Origin: Solirubrobacterales bacterium
Lineage (GTDB): Bacteria; Actinomycetota; Thermoleophilia; Solirubrobacterales; Solirubrobacteraceae
Assembly (NCBI GenBank): GCA_025963965.1
Contig: JAOPZS010000044.1
Span: 4,170-68,169 of the forward strand
Reading direction: 5' to 3'
DNA: 64,000 bases
Part shown: positions 1-9,149 of the stretch, piece by piece
Layout: every line of letters starts with the position of its first letter
Position numbering within the stretch: the stretch's first letter is position 1
Notes under the pieces: model-generated
Databases searched by the model: none
The model's input: the letters and a program-made list of their open reading frames with translations, nothing else
Told to the model about the DNA's origin: nothing
Translations under genes and position numbers: made by a program

Positions 1-471
1 CAGCGACGGCACGAGCAGGCCGTCGCGCGCCCCGGCGGCGCCATGCGAGTGCGGCGTCCACGTACCGAAGCAGACGATGCCGACGATCAGGCTGAGCACC
101 ACGGAGATGACGGGAAAGGCCATCAGGCCGGGGTTCTCACGCAGCACGCGCCAGCTGGCGGTGAGCATCCGCACCGACCGCGAGAAGCGCGACTCGCCGC
201 TGCCGTACGGACTCACGGGGAACGGGTCGAGCTGCTGCTCTGAGGGATAGCCGCCGGCCGGCGTGGCGGGCGCCGGCTGCGCCGGCGTGCCATCAGGCGC
301 CTCGCCGGTCGTTTGCGTGGCGATCAGCCCGCGCGATTGCGCGCATTCCGGGCAGTAGGTCTCGCCGTGGGAGAGCGCCCAGCCAGAGGCGGCAAGGCCG
401 CCGGCGGTGTCGTGCTCGTCGACCTCGACGCCGCGCGCGCAGCTCCAGCAGTGAATCCGCACGTCGCTCAC
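1..471 (-). CDS. Membrane protein (DUF6159-like) with N-terminal Zn-ribbon-like CxxC..CxxC; 3'-truncated by window edge
   Basis: Not in the ORF track. Manual translation from GTG 471 gives VSDVRIHCWSC..TYCPEC, a Pro/Ala linker, then RFSRSVRMLTASWRVLRENPGLMAFPVISVVLSLIVG (TM). The frame is open to position 1. Confidence 0.6.
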   Translation of the reverse strand, partial: MSDVRIHCWSCARGVEVDEHDTAGGLAASGWALSHGETYCPECAQSRGLIATQTTGEAPDGTPAQPAPATPAGGYPSEQQLDPFPVSPYGSGESRFSRSVRMLTASWRVLRENPGLMAFPVISVVLSLIVGIVCFGTWTPHSHGAAGARDGLLVPSL

Positions 472-553
472 ATGCACTCATCGCCACGCGCGCCGAGATC
501 CTTTAGATCCCGCTCCTCGGAATGGCCGGCCGGGTCTTGCGCGGCACGCAGCG

Positions 554-1354
554 TCAGACGCCGACGGGCATGCCGAGCCAGCGCGTCACGGCCGTCCAGG
601 CCTGCCCGCGCGGGTCGACGTGGGCGCGGTGCCCGCCGGCCTCGCCGTCGATCTCGATCAGCTCGACCTCGCCGCCCGCCTCGTGCGCGCGCTGCGCGTA
701 GCCGCGGCTCAGCTCGATCGAGACGGTCGAGTCGATCACGCCGTGGACGAGCAGCACGGGCATCGCCGCCGGCACGAGCCTGATCGGATCGCCGACGTCG
801 TAGCGCCCGGGCAGCTGCTCGGGCGCGCCGCCCATCAGCTGGCGTACGGCGCCGCCGCGCCACAGCACGTAGGCACCGGCGAGGTCGCAGACGGCGGCCT
901 GGCCGATCACGCGCTTGGGGTGGATCGCCGGTTCGGCGCCGGGTGCGCCGGCCGCGAGCCGCTCGCGCGTGGCGGCCCACAGCGCCAGGTGCCCGCCGGC
1001 GGAATGGCCAAGGAAGCTGACGCTGTCGAGGTCCAGCGGCGCCTGCAGGGTGCGCAGGTGGTCGATCGCGGCGGCGACGTCCAGGAACGTCGCAGGCCAG
1101 CCGCCGCCGCCGCCGAGGCGGCGGTACTCGATGTTCCACACGGCCCAGCCGCGTCGCAGCAGATCGCCGGCGAGCCCGCGCATCACGACCTTGCCGTAGC
1201 GAGACTGCCACGAGCCGCCATGGATCGTGACCATCACCGGGTGCGGCCCGGCTCCGAGTGGCAGGTACAGGTCGGCGCGCTGCGAGCGGTCCGGTCCGTA
1301 GCGGTGAGTCTGCCCCCGCGTGAGGAAGTCGAGGATCAGGCGGGTGCGGGCCAC
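554..1354 (-). CDS. Alpha/beta hydrolase (HSL-like esterase)
   Basis: IHGGSW oxyanion motif, GHSAGG nucleophile elbow, VHGxxD..H. Confidence 0.9.
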   Translation of the reverse strand: MARTRLILDFLTRGQTHRYGPDRSQRADLYLPLGAGPHPVMVTIHGGSWQSRYGKVVMRGLAGDLLRRGWAVWNIEYRRLGGGGGWPATFLDVAAAIDHLRTLQAPLDLDSVSFLGHSAGGHLALWAATRERLAAGAPGAEPAIHPKRVIGQAAVCDLAGAYVLWRGGAVRQLMGGAPEQLPGRYDVGDPIRLVPAAMPVLLVHGVIDSTVSIELSRGYAQRAHEAGGEVELIEIDGEAGGHRAHVDPRGQAWTAVTRWLGMPVGV

Positions 1355-1401
1355 TCGGCGGCAACTGTAGATGACGCCGACCTGTGAGAATGCGCCGCGC
1401 G

Positions 1402-2547
1402 ATGGACTTCGACCTGCCGCCCGAGCATGAGCTGATCCGTCGCACGGTCCGCGACTTCGCCCGCTCGGAGATCGCGCCGGTCGCCGAGGAGCTCGACCGC
1501 ACCAAGGCCTTCCCGTACGAGATCGTGCGCAAGCTCGGCGAGCTCAACCTGATGGGGATCCCGTTCCCGCAGGAGTACGGCGGTGGCGGCGGCGACACGC
1601 TCGCCTACGCGCTGGCCGTCGAGGAGCTGACGCGCGTGGACTCCTCCGTTGCGATCACGCTGTGCGCGCACACGTCGCTCGGCACACAGCCGATCTACCT
1701 GTACGGCAGCGAGGAGCAGAAGCGCGAGTGGCTGCCGCGGCTGTGCTCAGGGGAGGTGCTCGGAGCGTTCGGCCTGACCGAGCCGGAGGCCGGCTCTGAC
1801 GCCGGCAACACCCGCACCCGCGCCCGCCTCGAGGACGGCGAATGGGTCATCGACGGCGCCAAGCAGTTCATCACCAACGCCGGCACGGAGATCTCCGGCG
1901 TGGTCTGCATCACGGCCGTGACCGCCAACGGCGACGGCCCGAAGGAGATCTCCAACCTGATCGTCGCCAACGGCACGCCGGGCTACGAGCAGGGTGAGCC
2001 GTACCGCAAGATGGGCTGGCATGCCTCGGACACGCGGCCGCTGACGTTCACCGACTGCAGGGTCCCGGAGACGAACCTGCTGGGTCCGCGCGGGGCGGGT
2101 TTCAAGCAGTTCCTGCACATCCTCGACATCGGCCGCATCGGCGTCGCGGCGATGGGCGTCGGCCTCGCGCAGGGGGCGCTCGACGAGGCGCTCTCCTACG
2201 CGCGCGAGCGGCGCGCATTCGGGCAGCCGATCTCCAAGTTCCAGGCGATCCAGAGCAAGCTCGCCGACATGGCGACCGAGATCGAGGCGGCGCGGCTGCT
2301 GGTCTACAAGGCGGCGCGCGAGAAGGACGCCGGGCGCAACTTCACGCTGACGGCCGCCCAGGCGAAGCTCAAGACGGGCCGGCTGGCGGTGCGCTGCAGC
2401 GAGGAGGCCGTGCAGATACACGGCGGTTACGGGTACATCGAGGAGTACCCGGTGTGCCGCTTCTACCGCGACGCGAAGATCCTGACGATCGGCGAGGGCA
2501 CCGACGAGGTTCAGCAGATGGTGATCGCGCGGGCGCTCGGCGCCTAG
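1402..2547 (+). CDS. Acyl-CoA dehydrogenase
   Basis: FGLTEPEAGSD, GAKQFITN, QIHGGYGY, TIGEGTDEVQ; start taken at ATG of MDFDL. Confidence 0.95.
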   Translation: MDFDLPPEHELIRRTVRDFARSEIAPVAEELDRTKAFPYEIVRKLGELNLMGIPFPQEYGGGGGDTLAYALAVEELTRVDSSVAITLCAHTSLGTQPIYLYGSEEQKREWLPRLCSGEVLGAFGLTEPEAGSDAGNTRTRARLEDGEWVIDGAKQFITNAGTEISGVVCITAVTANGDGPKEISNLIVANGTPGYEQGEPYRKMGWHASDTRPLTFTDCRVPETNLLGPRGAGFKQFLHILDIGRIGVAAMGVGLAQGALDEALSYARERRAFGQPISKFQAIQSKLADMATEIEAARLLVYKAAREKDAGRNFTLTAAQAKLKTGRLAVRCSEEAVQIHGGYGYIEEYPVCRFYRDAKILTIGEGTDEVQQMVIARALGA

Positions 2548-2620
2548 GAGGAACTGAGGGAGTGCCGCGGATTGGCGCGCCAGGGCGCGCGGTCGGGCGC
2601 ACCGCCGCCCCGCGCGGCGC

Positions 2621-3067
2621 TCAACGCGGCTCGAGCACGACGAGCGGGATCTGCCTGTCGGTGCGCTTCTGGTAGTCGGCGTAGCCGCTGTACACACCCA
2701 CGACCAGCGGCCAGAGGTGCTCGCGCTCGGCGTCGGTGGCGACGCGGGCATGAACCGGACGGCGGCTGTGGCCGATCTGCACGGTCGTGTCGGGGTTGGC
2801 CATCAGGTTGTGCAGCCACGCCGGGTTCTTCGGGTAGCCGCCCTTCGAGGCGACGAGTATCACGTTCTCGCCGTCGCGGGCGTAGACCAGTGGGCTCGTA
2901 CGGCGCGCTCCGCTGCGGGCGCCGACGTGGTCGAGCAGCAGCATCGGCGGGGCGCCGGGGAAGCGGTGCCCGACAAGTCCGCCCGTCAGCCGGTAGACGG
3001 TCGCGTGGCCGCCCATCAGACGGCGCAGCACCGGCCAGCTGCGATCGGCGAGACCTAGGTAGTCCAT
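2621..3067 (-). CDS. F420 (deazaflavin)-dependent nitroreductase family protein (Ddn-like)
   Basis: GARSGARRTSPL, VASKGGYPKNPAWLHNL, YQKRTDRQIPLVVL. Confidence 0.9.
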   Translation of the reverse strand: MDYLGLADRSWPVLRRLMGGHATVYRLTGGLVGHRFPGAPPMLLLDHVGARSGARRTSPLVYARDGENVILVASKGGYPKNPAWLHNLMANPDTTVQIGHSRRPVHARVATDAEREHLWPLVVGVYSGYADYQKRTDRQIPLVVLEPR

Positions 3068-3119
3068 CGCCGCGAGCCTAACCGATGCTCAGCGGGCGAC
3101 CGCGGCGGGACCGGCCGGC

Positions 3120-4112
3120 TCAGCGAGCGTCGGCCGAGGCGGCACGCTCGGCCTCTCGCTCGAGCAGGCTGCCGGCCGCGCTGGCCGGGTCGATCCTGCG
3201 TTCGACGACCGCCTCCAGCAGCTCTTGGAAGGTGTCGTCGCTTTCCAGATCCGCCTCCAGCCGCCTGCGCATGCGGGCCGTGGCGATCGCGAGCACCTCG
3301 TTGCGCAGGTTGCGCCGGCGGCGCTCGGCGAGCGTGCCGGCGGCGAGCAGGTGGGCGCGATGCTGATCGAGGCGCTCGACGAGCTCCTCCGTGCCCTTGC
3401 CGCGGTTGGCTTCGGTCCGCACTATCGGCACGCGCCAGCTGGCCTTGACCTGCTCGGGGGTGCGCTCGAGGTTCGCCAGCGACAGCACGCCGCGGATCTC
3501 GCGGACCATCGTGTCGGTCAGGGGGTGGTCGGCCTTGTTGATCACGATCACGTCGGGGATCTCCATCACGCCCGCCTTCAGCGCCTGGATCGAGTCGCCC
3601 GAGCCGGGCATCAGCACGAGCACGATCGTGTCGGCGTGGTCGATGATGTCGATCTCGGCCTGTCCGACCCCGACGGTCTCGACGAACACGTCCTGGCGCC
3701 CGGCGGCGTCGAGCAGCAGCGCCGCCTGCAGCGCCGCCTCGGAGAGCCCGCCGAGCGCGCCGCGATTGGCCATCGAGCGGATGAACACGCCCTGGTCGAG
3801 GAAGTGCTCGGTGAGGCGGATGCGGTCGCCGAGCAGCGCACCGTGGGTGAACGGCGAGGAGGGGTCGATCGACAGCACCCCGACGGTGCGGCCGGCCTCG
3901 CGGCGCGCCCTCGTGAGCGCCCCGATCAGCGTCGACTTGCCGACGCCGGGCGGCCCGGTGAAGCCGACGACCTCTGCCCGCCCCGTCTCGGGGTAGACCT
4001 CGCGCACGAGCTCCCAGCCCTCGGGACGGTCGTCCTCGACGAGGCTGATCGCGCGCGCCAGCGCGCGGCGGTCGCCGGCGAGGAGACGGCTTGCGAGAGT
4101 GGGCTCGGTCAT
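3120..4112 (-). CDS. meaB: Methylmalonyl-CoA mutase-associated GTPase
   Basis: GPPGVGKS, IDPSSPFTHGALLGDRIR, ETVGVGQ, NKAD. Confidence 0.92.
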   Translation of the reverse strand: MTEPTLASRLLAGDRRALARAISLVEDDRPEGWELVREVYPETGRAEVVGFTGPPGVGKSTLIGALTRARREAGRTVGVLSIDPSSPFTHGALLGDRIRLTEHFLDQGVFIRSMANRGALGGLSEAALQAALLLDAAGRQDVFVETVGVGQAEIDIIDHADTIVLVLMPGSGDSIQALKAGVMEIPDVIVINKADHPLTDTMVREIRGVLSLANLERTPEQVKASWRVPIVRTEANRGKGTEELVERLDQHRAHLLAAGTLAERRRRNLRNEVLAIATARMRRRLEADLESDDTFQELLEAVVERRIDPASAAGSLLEREAERAASADAR

Positions 4113-4173
4113 CGAGCGCGCATCATCGCAGGGGCACTCCGCGACCCGTCCGCGCAGCTACGATTCCGCCGCG

Positions 4174-4863
4174 GTGGGCCTGATCGCAGACAAGCCATCC
4201 CCGACGGGCGTCCAGGCGCCGGGCGGCGGGCCGCGCCGAGCGCCCGGGCCGCGCCGCGGCGGCCCGCTGGCGCTGCTGCGGTTCATGCGCGCGAACGGCA
4301 TGCTGCGTCCGGGCTACGCAGCGCTGCTGCTGCGCCTGGCCGTGCTGAAGCTCCGCTTCGGGAGCCGTCTGCAGACCGACGGCCTGTGCTTCGTCTGTCC
4401 CGGGGTGAAGCTCGAGATCGGTCGCGGCGCGACGCTGCGAATCGGCCGCTGGGCATGGATCGGGCACGGCTGCAAGATCCGGGTGCACGAGGGCGAGGTC
4501 TCGATCGGGGCCAAGACGGTGATCGGTCAGGAGTGCACGATCTCGGCGTTCCAGCGTGTCGCGATCGGGCGCGAGTGCATCCTCGCCGACCGCGTGATGC
4601 TGATCGACTTCGATCACGGCGTCACGGAGGTCGAGCGCCCGATCCGCCTGCAGGGCATCTACAAGCGCGACGTCGAGATCGGCCACAACGTGTGGATCGG
4701 ATACGGCGCGTGCATCCTGCGTGGTGTCAGCCTCGGCGAGAACTCGATAGTTGGCACGAGCGCGGTGCTGACGCGCTCGTTCCCGCCGAACTCGGTGCTG
4801 GCGGGCGTCCCGGCGCGCGTGATCCGGACGCGTGAGGCGCCTGACACGCTGCGCTGGGAGTGA
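4174..4863 (+). CDS. Hexapeptide-repeat acyl/acetyltransferase (Rv3034c-like)
   Basis: Left-handed beta-helix repeats, LIDFDHG..PIRLQGIYKRDVEIG, GVPARVIR; start chosen at GTG after a TACGAT -10-like box. Confidence 0.85.
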   Translation: MGLIADKPSPTGVQAPGGGPRRAPGPRRGGPLALLRFMRANGMLRPGYAALLLRLAVLKLRFGSRLQTDGLCFVCPGVKLEIGRGATLRIGRWAWIGHGCKIRVHEGEVSIGAKTVIGQECTISAFQRVAIGRECILADRVMLIDFDHGVTEVERPIRLQGIYKRDVEIGHNVWIGYGACILRGVSLGENSIVGTSAVLTRSFPPNSVLAGVPARVIRTREAPDTLRWE

Positions 4864-4864
4864 G

Positions 4865-6292
4865 CTAGAGCGGCTCGAGGAAGGCGCCCGGATCGGCGTC
4901 GACGGCGAGGTTCCCGAGCGCGACGGCGTCCGCGCCGGCGCCCGCCGCGAGCGCGTCGCGCAGCCCCCTGCCGTGCGCGTCGATTCTCTCGAGCGCATAT
5001 GGCACGGCCATCCCCCTCGTGACCATGAAGGCCCAGTCGCTCGCCTGCAGCGCCATCAGCTCGCGGATCGCGGCGAGCCCGGCCCGATCGCCGGCGGCGA
5101 GCACGTCGAGCTCGGCGGCGCGCGCGGCGAAGGCGTGGGCGCCGACCTGAGGGCCGGACCACGTCGACAGGTCCCCCCCGGCGCCCCACGTGCTCGCAGG
5201 CCAGTCGAGGCCGGCGGGAGCGGCCGCAGGCTGGAAGCGCTCGAGGGCGTCGTCGAGGCGCATCAGCTCGAGGCCCTGCTCGCCGCACTCGCGCACGACG
5301 GCCTCGAGCCAGGCGATCCCCTCATACCACCAGTGACCGAGCAGCTCGGTGTCCAGGGCGCAGACGGCCAGGCCGCCGCCCGGCGCGCCGTCGCCGTCGC
5401 GCTCAAGGCGCTCGCGGGTGCGGGCGACGAAGTCGGCGGCGTGCTTCCCGGCAAGGGCCAGCGCGGCAGCGTGGTCGTAGGGCTCGCCGTCGTTGCTCCA
5501 TGGTGTGTGGTGGTGGACGGTGTGGTGGTGGTAGTCGCGGTATGCCCCGGCGGCCGGGTAGCCGCTGTCGCTCCACACGAGCGACATCGTCTCGCGGTCG
5601 ACCGGCACGAGCACGAGACCCGACTCGCCGAGCAGCGGCCGCAGTTGCCCGGCGCTGCCGAGGCCGAGCCGCCCGGTCAGCTCGATGCACACGGCGCGCA
5701 CGCCGGCCTCGCGCAGGACCGGCTCGAGACCCTGCTCGAAGGCGCACTCGGGCAGCCAGAAGCCGCCGCGCCAGGCCGCGCCGAAGCGCCGCTGGTGCGA
5801 GCGAACTCCAGAGCGGACCTGCTCGCGCACGCCGGCTCCGGTCGCCAGCAGCGGCAGGATCGCGTGGGTCGCCGCCGAGGTCCAGGCGGCGTGCGGGGCG
5901 AACGCGGCGAGCAGGTCACCGCCGCGGCGGCGCAGGCTCGCGTGGGCCCGCTCGTAGTCGCCCGAGGCGCGCTCGACCTCGGCGGCGAGCCGCTCGTGCC
6001 CGCCGGCGCGCAGCCCGGCGGCGTCCTTGGCGTGGGTCTCTCGGCGCACGTCCTCGACGAACCGGTAGAAGCGCTCGGCCAGCCCGGGGACCTCCAGCTG
6101 GTCACACAGCACGGGCGTCAGCGACAGCGTCAGCGGCGCACCGGCGTCGAGCACGTCGAGCAGCGGCAGGTAGCTGCCGGCGAACGCCTCCCACAGCCAC
6201 TCCTCGCCGAAGGGCCACGTCCCGAAGCCCTCCACGTAGGGCATGTGCGTGTGCAGCACGATCGCCAGGGCGCCTGGCCCCCGGCGGCTCAC
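4865..6292 (-). CDS. GH57/DUF1957 1,4-alpha-glucan branching enzyme (Rv3031-like)
   Basis: LHTHMPYV, GEEWLWEA, GFWLPEC, DTELLGHWWYEG, QASDWAF; GTG start overlaps upstream stop (GTGA). Confidence 0.9.
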   Translation of the reverse strand: MSRRGPGALAIVLHTHMPYVEGFGTWPFGEEWLWEAFAGSYLPLLDVLDAGAPLTLSLTPVLCDQLEVPGLAERFYRFVEDVRRETHAKDAAGLRAGGHERLAAEVERASGDYERAHASLRRRGGDLLAAFAPHAAWTSAATHAILPLLATGAGVREQVRSGVRSHQRRFGAAWRGGFWLPECAFEQGLEPVLREAGVRAVCIELTGRLGLGSAGQLRPLLGESGLVLVPVDRETMSLVWSDSGYPAAGAYRDYHHHTVHHHTPWSNDGEPYDHAAALALAGKHAADFVARTRERLERDGDGAPGGGLAVCALDTELLGHWWYEGIAWLEAVVRECGEQGLELMRLDDALERFQPAAAPAGLDWPASTWGAGGDLSTWSGPQVGAHAFAARAAELDVLAAGDRAGLAAIRELMALQASDWAFMVTRGMAVPYALERIDAHGRGLRDALAAGAGADAVALGNLAVDADPGAFLEPL

Positions 6293-7065
6293 TGACGGCA
6301 CACGGCGAGCAGGTCCAGCGCGCGGCCGATGTCGGCCTCGGCGGCTCGGCGCAGCGCGAAGTCGCCGGTGCCGATCGCCGGCGTGAACCAGTCGTAGAAG
6401 CGCCGGGTCAGGCCGAGCGCCGCGTGCACGCGGTCCCAGCCGGCGCGCAGCGCGAGCTCGTGGGCGCGCAGCTTGCCGGCGTGGAACAGGCCGTAGATCT
6501 CGACGCGACCGAAGTGCGCTCGGCACAGCTCGGCGAACTCCTCGGGGAGGTACTCGTGGACATGCCACGGGTTGTCCGAGCGGGCGGCTCCCTTCGGCGC
6601 GAGCGTCAGCACATTGGGCGTCGAGAGGAACACGGTCCCGTCGCCGTCGAGCATCGAGGCGAAGTGCTCGAGCGTCGCTCCGGGCTGCTGCAGGTGCTCG
6701 ATCGTCTGCAGGAACACGACGGCGTCGGCCGGGGCGGTGAACTCTTCGACGAGCCCGCGCTCGAAGCGCACGGCCGGGTAGCGCAGGCGAGCGTGCTCGA
6801 AGGCATCGGGGTTCGCCTCGACGCCGATCACCGAGGCGGCGCTGCGGGCGAGCACGTCGGATCCGTAGCCCTCGCCGCTGGCCATGTCGATGACGCGCTG
6901 GCCCCGCACGCGCTGTGCGATCCACTCGTAGACGACGAGATGGCGCTGGTACCAGTAGTTCTCGGCGGGCACGTCGGGCAGCGTGCGCTCGCCCGTCAGC
7001 GCCAGCGGCGGCACGCCGTCGGGCTGGTCGCGCTGCAGGTACAGGGTTGGCTCGCTTGTGCTCAA
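6289..7065 (-). CDS. Class I SAM-dependent methyltransferase (Rv3030-like)
   Basis: LTGERTLPDVPAENYWYQRHLVVYEW, DMASGEGYG, LQTIEH, STPN..NPWHVHE; TTG start uncertain. Confidence 0.88.
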   Translation of the reverse strand: MSTSEPTLYLQRDQPDGVPPLALTGERTLPDVPAENYWYQRHLVVYEWIAQRVRGQRVIDMASGEGYGSDVLARSAASVIGVEANPDAFEHARLRYPAVRFERGLVEEFTAPADAVVFLQTIEHLQQPGATLEHFASMLDGDGTVFLSTPNVLTLAPKGAARSDNPWHVHEYLPEEFAELCRAHFGRVEIYGLFHAGKLRAHELALRAGWDRVHAALGLTRRFYDWFTPAIGTGDFALRRAAEADIGRALDLLAVCRQ

Positions 7066-7140
7066 CAGGTGCGAATGGTCGGGATGGCATGCCCGCGGGA
7101 CGGGGGCGGGCCGAGGCGCGCGAGTATATGGTGCGGCCTC

Positions 7141-8052
7141 GTGCCGCCCTCCCTCAGCGCCGAGCAGATCCGCGACGCCAACACCCGCTATCACGACGTC
7201 GCGGCGGGCCATTACGACTCGAAGTGGGGCATCGGCTTCGGCGAGGTCGGGCGCGCGCAGGTGCTGGCGAAGGTGCGCAAGGCGCTCGGCCGGGAGCCCA
7301 CCCGGTGGGGGCGCTCGCTCGAGATCGGCTCGGGGACGGGGTACTTCACGCTGAACCTGATGGGCGCCGGTCTGATCGGCGAGGCGACATGCACGGACAT
7401 CTCGCCGGGGATGCTGCGGACGCTCGCCGCGAACGCCGAGCAGCTCGGGCTCGAGGTGCGAACGGAGCTCGCCGACGCCGAGCGCCTGCCGTTCGAGGAC
7501 GAGTGTTTCGACCTCGTGCTGGGCCATGCGGTGCTGCACCACATCCCCGACCTGCCGCGGGCGTTCAGGGAATTCGAGCGTGTCCTGGCCCCGGGTGGAA
7601 CGGTCATGTTCGCCGGCGAGCCGTCCCGTTACGGCGACCGGCTCGCGCGGGTTCCCAAGCGCGTGGCGAGCGCGATCGCGCCGGCCTGGCGAGTTGCGAT
7701 GCGAGCCGGAGCCGCCCGGCCGAGCGGTGAGTGCGATCCCGACGAGTCGCTCGAGCGGGTCGTCGACGTTCACGCGTTCGCTCCCGGCGAGCTGGCCGGC
7801 GCGGCGCGCGCGGCGGGCCTTCGCGAGGTCGAGGTCAGCGGTGAGGAGCTGCTTGCAAACTGGTTCGGATGGACGAACCGGACGCTCGAGGCCTCGGCAG
7901 AGCCGGAGCAGGTGCCGTGGATGTGGCGCCAGTACGCCTACCGCGGCTATCTGCTGCTCCAGAAGCTCGACCTCCGTCTGCTCGAGCGGCGCCTGCCGGC
8001 GGCGGTCTTCTACAACCTGATGATCGCCGCCCGCAAGCCCGGCCCGGGCTGA
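7141..8052 (+). CDS. Class I SAM-dependent methyltransferase (Rv3038c-like)
   Basis: YHDVAAGHYDSKWGI, LEIGSGTGYF, GHAVLHHIPD, FAGEP, VVDVHAF. Confidence 0.88.
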   Translation: MPPSLSAEQIRDANTRYHDVAAGHYDSKWGIGFGEVGRAQVLAKVRKALGREPTRWGRSLEIGSGTGYFTLNLMGAGLIGEATCTDISPGMLRTLAANAEQLGLEVRTELADAERLPFEDECFDLVLGHAVLHHIPDLPRAFREFERVLAPGGTVMFAGEPSRYGDRLARVPKRVASAIAPAWRVAMRAGAARPSGECDPDESLERVVDVHAFAPGELAGAARAAGLREVEVSGEELLANWFGWTNRTLEASAEPEQVPWMWRQYAYRGYLLLQKLDLRLLERRLPAAVFYNLMIAARKPGPG

Positions 8053-8107
8053 TCGCGCCCCCGGCCCGCCGAGCAGCCGGCGAATCGGCGGTCCTAGACT
8101 CAGGCGC

Positions 8108-8731
8108 ATGCAGGTCCCCGTTCGTGATTTTCCGCTGTTCCCGCTGGGCATCGTCGCGCTGCCGACGGAGAGCGTGCCGCTGCACATCTTCGAGGCCCGC
8201 TACCGCCGGATGATCGAGCACTGCCTCGCAGAGGGGCAGGAGTTCGGGATCCTGTGGCTGTCCGACGAGGAGCTCAAGCAGACGGGCTGCGCATGCGAGG
8301 TCGAGCAGGTGCTCGAGCGCCTGGAGGACGGGCGCCTGAACATCCTCTCGCGTGGGACGCGCCCGTTCGTGCTGCTCGAGCGACAGGACGAGCTGCCCTA
8401 CCCGGCCGGTGAGGTCCTCTTCAGCGAGGACGACGAGGAGGAGCCCGACGAGCAGGCGGCGAGCTCGGCGCGGGAGCGCTACGCAGAGCTGGTCATGCAG
8501 GCGACCGACAAGGAGCTGGGCGAGGCGGAGCTCGCGGCGATGGACTCCTACCGGATGGCAGCGACCGTGGAGTTCGAGCCGGAGGCAAAGCAGGAGCTGC
8601 TCGAGCTGCGCTCGGAGAACGCTCGCCTGCGCCTGCTCGGAACGCTGCTGGAGACGGCGTTGGAGCGCCTGGAGCTGCTCGAGCGCGCGCAGGTGCGCGC
8701 GCAGTCCAACGGCAAGGTCAGGTTCGGCTAG
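8108..8731 (+). CDS. LON peptidase N-terminal (substrate-binding) domain protein
   Basis: FPLFPL..PLHIFEARYRRMI..KQELLE; no AAA+ or protease domain. Confidence 0.88.
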   Translation: MQVPVRDFPLFPLGIVALPTESVPLHIFEARYRRMIEHCLAEGQEFGILWLSDEELKQTGCACEVEQVLERLEDGRLNILSRGTRPFVLLERQDELPYPAGEVLFSEDDEEEPDEQAASSARERYAELVMQATDKELGEAELAAMDSYRMAATVEFEPEAKQELLELRSENARLRLLGTLLETALERLELLERAQVRAQSNGKVRFG

Positions 8732-8732
8732 C

Positions 8733-9149
8733 TCATTCCGGCAGGTGGCACACCTGCTGGGAGGCCTGCAGCACGAACAGCTCGAGTTCGCGCAGCACCT
8801 TCGGCTGTCCGACGGAGTTGTCGGCGAAGCTGACGGTGCCCTTGGCGTCGCGCAGGTGGTAGCGCAGCACAGAGTTCGGCGCAGCCGCCAGGGACAGGTG
8901 CTCGGCGGCGGGCTTTTCGAGGTCTTCGGTGATCGCGCGCGCCTTCACGATCTGCGAATCGCTGAGCTTGCCTGCGAGCTTGCCGTTGCAGCGCACGCCG
9001 CCTTCTTCGTTGACGAGCAGAGTCAGGTTCGCGTGAGGCCCGGAGCCGCTGCGGGTCACGATGAACAGGTCCGGTGCCTTGATCCCGCTGCAGCCGGCGA
9101 TCACGACGGCGAGCGGCAATGCCGCGGCAAGGCGCCGCCCGGCGTTCAC
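8733..9149 (-). CDS. Hypothetical lipoprotein
   Basis: VNAGRRLAAALPLAVVIAGC lipobox; GTG overlaps the ggt stop. Confidence 0.7.
   Translation of the reverse strand: MNAGRRLAAALPLAVVIAGCSGIKAPDLFIVTRSGSGPHANLTLLVNEEGGVRCNGKLAGKLSDSQIVKARAITEDLEKPAAEHLSLAAAPNSVLRYHLRDAKGTVSFADNSVGQPKVLRELELFVLQASQQVCHLPE

Noticed and set aside
5500-7140. Long 5' extensions and antisense/shadow ORFs (e.g. 5500-8052, 8733-10871, 27703-30198, 57595-60063)
   Set aside because: Arg/Ala/Pro-rich read-through frames typical of high-GC DNA that overlap well-supported genes. Starts were trimmed or the ORFs discarded.
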